This document shows positions 24,801 through 38,631 of a DNA stretch of 64,000 nucleotides, piece after piece. The notes below the pieces were generated by a model. It was given only the letters and a program-made list of their open reading frames with translations, had not been told where the DNA came from and did not search any database. The stretch lies in NCBI GenBank assembly GCA_032718475.1, contig JAUCBJ010002510.1, positions 1 through 64,000 on the forward strand, written 5' to 3'. How positions within the stretch are numbered: the first letter of the stretch is position 1; each line of letters begins with the position of its first letter. This DNA is from Nemertoderma westbladi. Its lineage: Eukaryota; Animalia; Xenacoelomorpha. Made by a program: the position numbers and the translations under genes.

Positions 24801-27800
24801 ACACCTGGAGAAACAACAACCCCTGGACAAACAACAACCCCTGGACAAACAACAACACCTGGACAAACAACAACCCCTGGACAAACAACAACCCCTGAAG
24901 AAACAACAACACCTGGAGAAACAACAACACCTGGACAATCAACAACCCCTGGACAAACAACAACCCCTGAAGAAACAACAACACCTGGAGAAACAACAAC
25001 CCCTGGACAAACAACAACCCCTGGACAAACAACAACACCTGGAGAAACAACAACCCCTGGACAAACAACAACACCTGGAGAAACAACAACCCCTGGAGAA
25101 ACAACAACCCCTGGACAAACAACAACCCCTGGACAAACAACAACACCTGGAGAAACAACAACCCCTGGACAAACAACAACACCTGGAGAAACAACAACCC
25201 CTCGACAAACAACAACCCCTGGAGAAACAACAACACCTGAACAAACAACAACACCTGAACAAACAACAACCCCTGGACAAACAACAACATCTGAAGAATC
25301 AACAACACCGGGAGAAACAACAACCCCTGTAGAAACAACAACACCGGGAGAAACAACAACACTTGGACAAACAACAACCCCTGAAGAAACAACAACACCT
25401 GGAGAAACAACAACACCTGGACAAACAACAACACCGGGACAAACAACAACACCGGGAGAAACAACAACACCTGGACAAACAACAACACCTGGAGAAATAA
25501 CAACCCCTGGACAAACAACAACACCTGGAGAAACAACAACACCTGAACAAACAACAACACCTGAAGAATCAACAACACCGGGAGAAACAACAACCCCTGT
25601 AGAAACAACAACACCGGGAGAAACAACAACACCTGGACAAACAACAACCCCTGGACAAACAACAACACCTGGAGAAACAACAACCCCTGGACAAACAACA
25701 ACCCCTGTAGAAACAACAACACCTGAACAAACAACAACACCTGAACAAACAACAACCCCTGGACAAACAACAACATCTGAAGAATCAACAACACCGGGAG
25801 AAACAACAACCCCTGTAGAAACAACAACACCGGGAGAAACAACAACACCTGGACAAACAACAACCCCTGAAGAAACAACAACCCCTGAAGAAACAACAAC
25901 ACCTGGAGAAACAACAACACCTGGACAAACAACAACACTGGGAGAAACAACAACACCTGGACAAACAACAACACCTGGAGAAATAACAACCCCTGGACAA
26001 ACAACAACACCTGGAGAAACAACAACACCTGAACAAACAACAACACCTGAAGAATCAACAACACCGGGAGAAACAACAACCCCTGTAGAAACAACAACAC
26101 CGGGAGAAACAACAACACCTGGACAAACAACAACCCCTGGACAAACAACAACCCCTGAAGAAACAACAACACCTGGAGAAACAACAAAACCTGGACAAAC
26201 AACAACCCCTGGACAAACAACAACCCCTGAAGAAACAACAACCCCTGGACAAACAGCAACCCCTGAACAAACAACAACACCTGAACAAACAACAACACCT
26301 GGAGAAACAACAACCCCTGGACAAACAACAACACCTGGAGAAACAACAACCCCTGAAGAAACAACAACCTCTGGACAAACAACAACACCTGGAGAAACAA
26401 CAACCCCTGAAGAAACAACAACACCGGGAGAAACAACAACACCTGGAGAAACAACAACACCGGGAGAAACAACAACACCTGAACAAACAACAACACCTGA
26501 ACAAACAACAACCCCTGGACAAACAACAACAACTGAAGAATCAACAACACCGGGAGAAACAACAACCCCTGTAGAAACAACAACACCGGGAGAAACAACA
26601 ACACCTGGACTAACAACAACCCCTGAAGAAACAACAACACCTGGAGAAACAACAACACCTGGACAAACAACAACCCATGGACAAACAACAACACCGGGAG
26701 AAACAACAACACCGGGAGAAACAACAACCCCTGGACAAACAACAACCCCTGGACAAACAACAACCCCTGTAGAAACAACAACCCCTGGACAAACAACAAC
26801 ACCTGGACAAACAACAACCCCTGAAGAAACAACAACACCTGGAGAAACAACAACACCTGGACAAACAACAACCCATGGACAAACAACAACACCGGGAGAA
26901 ACAACAACACCGGGAGAAACAACAACCCCTGGACAAACAACAACCCCTGGACAAACAACAACCCCTGGACAAACAACAACACCTGGACAAACAACAACCC
27001 CTGAAGAAACAACAACACCTGGAGAAACAACAACACCTGAACAAACAACAACACCTGAACAAACAACAAACCCTGGACAAACAACAACATCTGAAGAATC
27101 AACAACACCGGGAGAAACAACAACCCCTGGACAAACAACAACCCCTGGACAAACAACAACCCCTGGACAAACAACAACACCTGGACAAACAACAACCCCT
27201 GGAGAAACAACAACACCTGGAGAAACAACAACACCTGGACAAACAACAACACCGGGAGAAACAACAACACCTGGACAAACAACAACACCTGGAGAAATAA
27301 CAACCCCTGGACAAACAACAACACCTGGAGAAACAACAACACCTGAACAAACAACAACACCTGAAGAATCAACAACACCGGGAGAAACAACAACCCCTGT
27401 AGAAACAACAACACCAGGAGAAACAACAACACCTGGACAAACAACAACCCCTGGACAAACAACAACCCCTGAAGAAACAACAACACCTGGAGAAACAACA
27501 ACACCTGGACAAACAACAACCCCTGGACAAACAACAACCCCTGGACAAACAACAACACCTGGACAAACAACAACCCCTGAACAAACAATAACACCTGAAC
27601 AAACAACAACACCTGAACAAACAACAACCCCTGGACAAACAACAACACCGGGAGAAACAACAACACCGGGAGAAACAACAACCCCTGGACAAACAACAAC
27701 CCCTGCACAAACAACAACCCCTGGACAAACAACAACTCCTGGAGAAACAACAACCCCTGGACAAACAACAACACCTAGAGAAACAACAACATCTGGAGAA

Positions 27801-30800
27801 ACAACAACACCGGGAGAAACAACAACACCTGGACAAACAACAACCCCTGAAGAAACAACAACACCTGAAGAAACAACAACACCGGGAGAAACAACAACTC
27901 CTGTAGTAACAACAACACCGGAAGAAACAACAACACCTGGTCAAACAACAACCCCTGGACAAACAACAACTCCTGAAGAAACAACAACACCTGGAGAAAC
28001 AACAACACCTGGACAAACAACAACCCATGGACAAACAACAACACCTGGAGAAACAACAACCCCTGGACAAACAACAACCCCTGGAAAAACAACAACACCT
28101 GGACAAACAACAACCCCTGGACAAACAACAACCCCTGAAGAAACAACAACACCTGGAGAAACAACAACACCTGGACAAACAACAACCCCTGGACAAACAA
28201 CAACCCCTGAAGAAACAACAACACCTGGAGAAACAACAACCCCTGGACAAACAACAACCCCTGGACAAACAACAACACCTGGAGAAACAACAACCCCTGG
28301 ACAAACAACAACACCTGGAGAAACAACAACCCCTGGAGAAACAACAACCCCTGGACAAACAACAACCCCTGGACAAACAACAACACCTGGAGAAACAACA
28401 ACCCCTGGACAAACAACAACACCTGGAGAAACAACAACCCCTGGACAAACAACAACCCCTGGACAAACAACAACACCTGGAGAAACAACAACACCTGAAC
28501 AAACAACAACACCTGAACAAACAACAACCCCTGGACAAACAACAACATCTGAAGAATCAACAACACCGGGAGAAACAACAACCCCTGTAGAAACAACAAC
28601 ACCGGGAGAAACAACAACACCTGGACAAACAACAACCCCTGAAGAAACAACAACACCTGGAGAAACAACAACACCTGGACAAACAACAACACCGGGAGAA
28701 ACAACAACACCTGGACAAACAACAACACCTGGAGAAATAACAACCCCTGGACAAACAACAACACCTGGAGAAACAACAACACCTGAACAAACAACAACAC
28801 CTGAAGAATCAACAACACCGGGAGAAACAACAACCCCTGTAGAAACAACAATACCGGGAGAAACAACAACACCTGGACAAACAACAACCCCTGGACAAAC
28901 AACAACCCCTGAAGAAACAACAACACCTGGAGAAACAACAACACCTGGACAAACAACAACCCCTGGACAAACAACAACCCCTGAAGAAACAACAACACCT
29001 GGAGAAACAACAACACCTGGACAAACAACAACCCCTGGACAAACAACAACACCTGGAGAAACAACAACCCCTGAACAAACAACAACACCTGAACAAACAA
29101 CAACCCCTGAAGAAACAACAACACCTGGAGAAACAACAACACCTGAACAAACAACAACACCTGAACAAACAACAACCCCTGAAGAAACAACAACACCTGG
29201 AGAAACAACAACACCTGAACAAACAACAACACCTGAAGAAACAACAACACCGGGAGAAACAACAACTCCTGTAGTAACAACAACACCGGGAGAAACAACA
29301 ACACCTGGACAAACAACAACCCCTGGACAAACAACAACACCGGGAGAAAGAACAACACCGGGAGAAACAACAACCCCTGGACAAACAACAACCCCTGCAC
29401 AAACAACAACCCCTGGACAAACAACAACACCTGGAGAAACAACAACCCCTGGACAAACAACAATACCTGGAGAAACAACAACACCTGGAGAAACAACAAC
29501 ACCTGGAGAAACAACAACACCGGGAGAAACAACAACCCCTGAACAAACAACAACACCTGAAGAAACAACAACCCCTGGACAAACAACAACCCCTGGACAA
29601 ACAACAACCCCTGGACAAACAACAACACCTGGAGAAACAACAACCCCTGAAGAAACAACAACACCTGGACAAACAACAACCCCTGAAGAAACAACAACAC
29701 CTGGAGAAACAACAACACCTGAACAAACAACAACACCTGAACAAACAACAACCCCTGAAGAAACAACAACACCTGGAGAAACAACAACACCTGAACAAAC
29801 AACAACACCTGAAGAAACAACAACACCGGGAGAAACAACAACTCCTGTAGTAACAACAACACCGGGAGAAACAACAACACCTGGACAAACAACAACCCCT
29901 GGACAAACAACAACTCCTGAAGAAACAACAACACCTGGAGAAACAACAACACCTGGACAAACAACAACCCATGGACAAACAACAACACCTGGAGAAACAA
30001 CAACCCCTGGACAAACAACAACCCCTGGACAAACAACAACTCCTGAAGAAACAACAACACCTGGACAAACAACAACCCCTGGACAAACAACAACCCCTGG
30101 ACAAACAACAACACCTGGACAAACAACAACCCCAGGACAAACAACAACCCCTGAAGAAACAACAACACCTGGACAAACAACAACCCCTGGACAAACAATA
30201 ACCCCTGGACAAACAACAACACCTGGACAAACAACAACCCCAGGACAAACAACAACCCCTGAAGAAACAACAACACCTGGAGAAACAACAACACCTGGAC
30301 AAACAACAACACCTGGACAAACAACAACCCCTGAAGAAACAACAACACCTGGAGAAACAACAACACCTGGACAAACAACAACACCTGGACAAACAACAAC
30401 CCCTGAAGAAACAACAACACCTGGAGAAACAACAACACCTGGACAAACAACAACACCTGGACAAACAACAACCCCTGAAGAAACAACAACACCTGGAGAA
30501 ACAACAACCCCTGGACAAACAACAACACCTGGACAAACAACAACCCCAGGACAAACAACAACTCCTGAAGAAACAACAACACCTGGACAAACAACAACCC
30601 CTGGACAAACAACAACCCCTGGACAAACAACAACACCTGGACAAACAACAACCCCAGGACAAACAACAACCCCTGAAGAAACAACAACACCTGGAGAAAC
30701 AACAACACCTGGACAAACAACAACCCCTGAACAAACAACAACCCCTGAAGAAACAACAACACCTGGAGAAACAACAACACCTGAACAAACAACAACACCT

Positions 30801-33800
30801 GGACAAACAACAACCCCTGGACAAACAACAACCCCTGAAGAAACAACAACACCTGGAGAAACAACAACACCTGGACAAACAACAACACCTGGACAAACAA
30901 CAACCCCTGAAGAAACAACAACACCTGGAGAAACAACAACACCTGGACAAACAACAACCCCTGGACAAACAACAACACCTGGAGAAACAACAACCCCTGA
31001 ACAAACAACAACACCTGAACAAACAACAACACCTGAACAAACAACAACCCCTGGACAAACAACAACACCGGGAGAAACAATAACACCGGGAGAAACAACA
31101 ACCCCTGGACAAACAACAACCCATGGACAAATAACAACACCTGAACAAACAACAACACCTGAAGAAACAACAACACCTGGAGAAACAACAACACCTGGAG
31201 AAACAACAACACCGGGAGAAACAACAACACCTGGACAAACAACAACACCTGAAGAAACAACAACCCCTGGACAAACAACAACCCCTGCACAAACAACAAC
31301 CCCTGGACAAACAACAACACCTGGAGAAACAACAACCCCTGAAGAAACAACAACACCTGGAGAAACAACAACACCTGGACAAACAACAACACCTGGACAA
31401 ACAACAACCCCTGAAGAAACATCAACCCCTGGACAAACAACAACCCCTGCACAAACAACAACCCCTGGACAAACAACAACACCTGGAGAAACAACAACCC
31501 CTGGACAAACAACAACACCTGGAGAAACAACAACACCTGGAGAAACAACAACACCTGGAGAAACAACAACACCGGGAGAAACAACAACACCTGGACAAAC
31601 AACAACACCTGAAGAAACAACAACCCCTGGACAAACAACAACCCCTGGACAAACAACAACCCCTGGACAAACAACAACACCTGGAGAAACAACAACCCCT
31701 GAAGAAACAACAACACCTGGACAAACAACAACCCCTGAAGAAACAACAACACCTGGAGAAACAACAACACCTGAACAAACAACAACACCTGAACAAACAA
31801 CAACCCCTGTAGAAACAACAACACCTGGAGAAACAACAACACCTGAACAAACAACAACACCTGAAGAAACAACAACACCTGGAGAAACAACAACACCTGG
31901 ACAAACAACAACCCATGGACAAACAACAACACCTGGACAAACAACAACCCCTGGACAAACAACAACCCCTGAAGAAACAACAACACCTGGAAAAACAACA
32001 ACACCTGGACAAACAACAACCCCTGGACAAACAACAACCCCTGAAGAAACAACAACACCTGGAGAAACAACAACCCCTGGACAAACAACAACCCCTGGAC
32101 AAACAACAACACCTGGAGAAACAACAACCCCTGGACAAACAACAACACCTGGAGAAACAACAACCCCTGGAGAAACAACAACCCCTGGACAAACAACAAC
32201 CCCTGGACAAACAACAACACCTGGAGAAACAACAACCCCTGGACAAACAACAACACCTGGAGAAACAACAACCCCTGGACAAACAACAACCCCTGGAGAA
32301 ACAACAACACCTGAACAAACAACAACACCTGAACAAACAACAACCCCTGGACAAACAACAACATCTGAAGAATCAACAACACCGGGAGAAACAACAACCC
32401 CTGTAGAAACAACAACACCGGGAGAAACAACAACACCTGGACAAACAACAACCCCTGAAGAAACAACAACACCTGGAGAAACAACAACACCTGGACAAAC
32501 AACAACACCGGGACAAACAACAACACCGGGAGATACAACAACACCTGGACAAACAACAACATCTGAAGAATCAACAACACCGGGAGAAACAACAACCCCT
32601 GTAGAAACAACAACACCGGGAGAAACAACAACACCTGGACAAACAACAACACCTGGACAAACAACAACACCTGGAGAAACAACAACACCTGAACAAACAA
32701 CAACACCTGAAGAATCAACAACACCGGGAGAAACAACAACCCCTGTAGAAACAACAACCCCTGGACAAACAACAACATCTGAAGAATCAACAACACCGGG
32801 AGAAACAACAACTCCTGTAGTAACAACAACACCGGGAGAAACAACAACACCTGGACAAACAACAACCCCTGGACAAACAACAACTCCTGAAGAAACAACA
32901 ACACCTGGAGAAACAACAACACCTGGACAAACAACAACCCCTGGACAAACAACAACCCCTGGACAAACAACAACACCTGGAGAAACAACAACCCCTGGAC
33001 AAACAACAACACCTGGACAAACAACAACCCCTGGAGAAACAACAACCCCTGGACAAACAACAACCCCTGGACAAACAACAACACCTGGAGAAACAATAAC
33101 CCCTGGACAAACAACAACACCTGGAGAAACAACAACCCCTGGACAAACAACAACCCCTGGACAAACAACAACACCTGGAGAAACAACAACACCTGAACAA
33201 ACAACAACACCTGAACAAACAACAACCCCTGGACAAACAACAACATCTGAAGAATCAACAACACCGGGAGAAACAACAACCCCTGTAGAAACAACAACAC
33301 CGCGAGAAACAACAACACCTGGACAAACAACAACCCCTGAAGAAACAACAACACCTGGAGAAACAACAACACCTGGACAAACAACAACACCGGGAGAAAC
33401 AACAACACCTGGACAAACAACAACACCTGGAGAAATAACAACCCCTGGACAAACAACAACACCTGGAGAAACAACAACACCTGAACAAACAACAACACCT
33501 GAAGAATCAACAACACCGGGAGAAACAACAACCCCTGTAGAAACAACAACACCGGGAGAAACAACAACACCTGGACAAACAACAACCCCTGGACAAACAA
33601 CAACCCCTGAAGAAACAACAACACCTGGAGAAACAACAACACCTGGACAAACTACAACCCCTGGACAAACAACAACCCCTGAAGAAACAACAACACCTGG
33701 AGAAACAACAACACCTGGACAAACAACAACCCCTGGACAAACAACAACACCTGGAGAAACAACAACCCCTGAACAAACAACAACACCTGAACAAACAACA

Positions 33801-36800
33801 ACACCTGAACAAACAACAACCCCTGGACAAACAACAACACCGGGAGAAACAACAACACCGGGAGAAACAACAACCCCTGGACAAACAACAACCCCTGCAC
33901 AAACAACAACCCCTGGACAAACAACAACACCTGGAGAAACAACAACCCCTGGACAAACAACAACACCTGGAGAAACAACAACACCTGGAGAAACAACAAC
34001 ACCTGGAGAAACAACAACACCGGGAGAAACAACAACACCTGGACAAACAACAACACCTGAAGAAACAACAACCCCTGGACAAACAACAACCCCTGGACAA
34101 ACAACAACCCCTGGACAAACAACAACACCTGGAGAAACAACAACCCCTGGACAAACAACAACACCGGGAGAAACAACAACTCCTGTAGAAACAACAACAC
34201 CGGGAGAAACAACAACACCTAGACAAATAACAACAGCTGGAGAAACAACAACCCCTGGACAAACAACAACTCCTGGACAAACAACAACACCGGGAGAAAC
34301 AACAACACCTGGACAAACAACAACCCCTGAAGAAACAACAACACCGGGAGAAACAACAACATCTGGACAAACAACAACCCCTGGACAAACAACAACCCCT
34401 GAAGAAACAACAACACCTGGAGAAACAACAACACCTGGACAAACAACAACACCGGGAGAAACAACAACACCTGGACAAACAACAACCCCTGAAGAAACAA
34501 CAACACCGGGAGAAACAACAACACCTGGACAAACAACAACACCTGGAGAAACAACAACCCCTGTAGAAACAACAACACCTGGAGAAACAACAACCCCTGA
34601 AGAAACAACAACACCGGGAGAAACAACAACACCTGGAGAAACAACAACCACTGCACAAACAACAACACCTGGAGAAACAACAACACCGGGAGAAACAACA
34701 GCACCTGGAGAAACAACAACCCCTGAAGAAACAACAACCCCTGAACAAACAACAACACCTGAACAAACAACAACACCTGACCAAACAACAACCCCTGGAC
34801 AAACAACAACACCTGGAGAAACAACAACCCATGAAGAAACAACAACACCGGGAGAAACAACAACACCTGGAGAAACAACAACCCCTGAAGAAACAACAAC
34901 ACCTGGAGAAACAACAACACCTGGACAAACAACAACCCCTGAAGAAACAACAACACCGGGAGAAACAACAACCCCTGAAGAAACAACAACACCTGGAGAA
35001 ACAACAACACCTGGACAAACAACAACCCCTGAAGAAACAACAACACCGGGAGAAACAACAACACCTGGAGAAACAACAACCCCTGAAGAAACAACAACCC
35101 CTGAACAAACAACAACACCTGGACAAACAACAACCCCTGAACAAACAACAACACCTGAACAAACAACAACACCTGAACAAACATCAACCCCTGGTCAAAC
35201 AACAACACCTGGAGAAACAACAACACCTGGACAAACAACAACACCTGGAGAAACAACAACCCCTGGACAAACAGCAACCCCTGAACAAACAACAACACCT
35301 GAACAAACAACAACACCTGAAAAAACAACAACCCATGGACAAACAACAACACCTGGAGAAACAACAACCCATGAAGAAACAACAACCCCTGAACAAACAA
35401 CAACACTTGAACAAACGACAACACCTGGAGAAACAACAACCCCTGAAGAAACAACATCACCGGGAGAAACATCAACCCCTGAACAAACAACAACCCCTGG
35501 ACAAACAACAACTCCTAGACAAACAACAACACCTGGAGAAACAACAACCCCTGGACAAACAACAACCCCTGGACAAACAACAACACCTAGACAAACAACA
35601 ACCCCTGGACAAACAACAACCCCTGGACAAACAACAACCCCTGGACAAACAACAACCCCTGGACAAACAACAACACCGGGAGAAACAACAACACCGGGAG
35701 AAACAACAACACCGGGAGAAACAACAACACCTGGAGAAACAACAACACCTGGACAAACAACAACACCTGAACAAACAACAACCCCTGGACAAACAACAAC
35801 ACCTGAAGAAACAACAACACCTGAACAAACAACAACCCCTGGACAAACAACAACACCTGAAGAAACAACAACACCGGGAGAAACAACAACCCCTGTAGAA
35901 ACAACAACACCGGGAGAAACAACAACACCGGGAGAAACAACAACACCTGGAGAAACAACAACCCCTGTACAAACAACAACACCTGAACAAACAACAACCC
36001 CTGGACAAACAACAACACCTGAAGAAACAACAACACCGGGAGAAACAACAACCCCTGTAGAAACAACAATACCGGGAGAAACAACAACACCTGGAGAAAC
36101 AACAACCCCTGGACAAACAACAACCCCTGTACAAACAACAATACCTGAACAAACAACAACACCTGAACAAACGACAACACCTGGAGAAACAACAACCCCA
36201 GAAGAAACAACAACACCGGGAGAAACATCAACCCCTGAACAAACAACAACCCCTGAACAAACAACAACCCCTGAACAAACAACAACACCTGGACAAACAA
36301 CAACACCTGGAGAAACAACAACCCCTGAAGAAACAACAACACCTGGAGAAACAACAACCCCTGAACAAACAACAACACCTGAACAAACAACAACACCTGG
36401 AGAAACAACAACCCCTGAAGATACAACAACACCGGGAGAAACATCAACCCCTGAACAAACAACAACCCCTGGACAAACAACAACACCTGGACAAACAACA
36501 ACACCTGGAGAAACAACAACCCCTGGACAAACAACAACCCCTGAACAAACAACAACACCTGAACAAACAATAACCCCTGGACAAACAACAACCCCTGGAC
36601 AAACAACAACACCTGAAGAAACAACAACACCGGGAGAAACAACAACCCCTGTAGAAACAACAACACCGGGAGAAACAACAACACCTGGAGAAACAACAAC
36701 CCCTGGACAAACAACAACCCCTGGACAAACAACAACACCTGAACAAACAGCAACACCTGAACAAACAACAACCCCTGGACAAACAACAACACCTGGAGAA

Positions 36801-37500
36801 ACAACAACACCTGGACAAACAACAACACCTGGAGAAACAACAACACCTGGACAAACAACAACACCTGAAGAAACAACAACCCCTGGACAAACAACAACCC
36901 CTGAACAAACAACAACACCTGAACACACAACAACACATGAACAAACAACAACCCCTGGACAAACAACAACACCTGGAGAAACAACAACCCCTGAAGAAAC
37001 AACAACACCTGGACAATCAACCACACCTGGAGAAACAACAACCCCTGAAGAAACAACAACACCGGGAGAAACAACAACCCCTGGACAAACAACAACCCCT
37101 GAACAAACAACAACACCTGAACAAACAACAACACCTGGAGAAACAACAACCCTTGAAGAAACAACAACACCTGGAGAAACAACAACACCTGGACAAGCAA
37201 CGACCCCTGAACAAACAACAACACCTGGACAATCAACAACCCCTGTAGAAACAACAACACCGGGAGAAACAACAAAACATGGACAAACAACAACACCTGG
37301 AGAAACAACAACACCTGGACAAACAACAACACCTGGACAATCAACAACACCTGGAGAAACAACAACACCTGGACAAACAACAACACCTGAACAAACAACA
37401 ACACCTGGAGAAACAACAACCCCTGGACAAACAACAACCCCAGAACAAACAACAACCCATGGACAAACAACAACCGCTCAACAAACAACAACTCCTGGAA
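15811..37500 (+). repeat. Coding minisatellite: 18-bp unit, about 1,200 copies, with higher-order duplications
   Basis: Consensus G(G/A)A (C/G)AA ACA ACA AC(A/C) CC(T/G). The register is identical at 15841 and 37441 (21,600 bp = 1,200 x 18). Confidence 0.97.
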
Positions 37501-37587
37501 GAGCGACTACTCCTCCAGAAACGATTTCAAATGGAGAATCAACCATAAGAACGGGGGAATTACCTTCATCTACAACATTTATAACTG
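15811..37587 (+). CDS. Giant mucin PT-domain exon (21,777 bp, 7,259 codons)
   Basis: Acceptor atcgttatAG at 15809-15810 and donor ACTG/GTAAGT at 37587/37588. Both are phase 1, matching the EGF exons and the frame of the stop-free 7273-aa ORF. About 50% Thr and 1/6 Pro. Confidence 0.92.
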
Positions 37588-38198
37588 GTAAGTGTTTGGT
37601 TGCTATCAAGTGAGTTAATGTAATGGAACGAGGCCTTTCGTGGCGTAAGCATACTCAAATTATAAATATTCATGACGAGTAAGGGTCTTGAGCCACAGCT
37701 AATATAAAATATTGTTAGTTTACCATATAGCTATTTCACGCTTCCCGCGCGTCTTCACTGGTATATTATTTTAAACACAATATTAATAAAATTTAACTAC
37801 AAAAACCAATTCAAAGCCTAAAAAGATATATACAAAACTGATACCGTTATGATACTGTATAGTAGTTATGACTATTTTAATAAAGATATTAGCTGTGTAA
37901 AGTGGCAGACCGGTAGAAGTTGAGCATGGTTAGAAATTATATCGGAAATTCATAATGCACTAAAACTAACTCAAAGCAAAATTTAAAATAAAATTGTTAA
38001 AATGTTAAAAACTTTTTTTAAAAAATTTAAAATAATAATAGTAAATAAAAACTAAACCAATGGTGTACCCTATCCTGCTATTAAGTATAATATCTATAAA
38101 AACTTATCAATAAAGGCTAATAAAATAATAAAACAACAGTGATATAGTGTATACGAATCACATGTATATAAAAATATAAAAAAAAACATCAGAAATAA

Positions 38199-38347
38199 CA
38201 ACAGAACAACAGAACAACAGAGCAACAGAACAACAGAGCAACAGAACAACAGAGCAACAGAACAACAGAACAACAGAGCAACAGACACACCGATTGAGTT
38301 AGTGGTACCTGTATGCTAAGCTCGCTTACTTTCGTCGCTCGCCCCAC
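38199..38347 (-). mobile_element. Short HINE/Helentron-like or retroposed repeat with a (TTG(C/T)TCTG)n tail, flanked by an exact 25-bp direct repeat
   Basis: ATATAAAAAAAAACATCAGAAATAA at 38174-38198 and 38348-38372. The same element head occurs on the plus strand from 40291. Confidence 0.6.
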
Positions 38348-38631
38348 ATATAAAAAAAAACATCAGAAATAAAAGCAGTAATACAATCTTTAAAATTAAT
38401 GAAATAAAACTAACAGAATGATTGAGTAATACTAACTACGCCATAGGGTAAATATCCAGATGGGCCAGCTATGCCAAAAGCAAATAGCAGCTGTATGACT
38501 GGAGTTGAAATTATCATTAAGGCGGGCATGTGGGGCGAGCCACATAGTTAGCAAAACAATAACCTATAAAATAAAACAAACTGACTAATACAAAATCCTA
38601 AGTAGAATATACAAAACAAAGTTCACATGTT

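Noticed and set aside
15798-37548. Very long antisense and alternate-frame ORFs (Cys-rich SRCCC, VLLF, GVVV and KQQ repeats)
   Set aside because: These are by-products of a stop-poor 18-bp repeat. They are broken by stops wherever variants occur, and only the TTTP frame is continuous and matches the splice phase.
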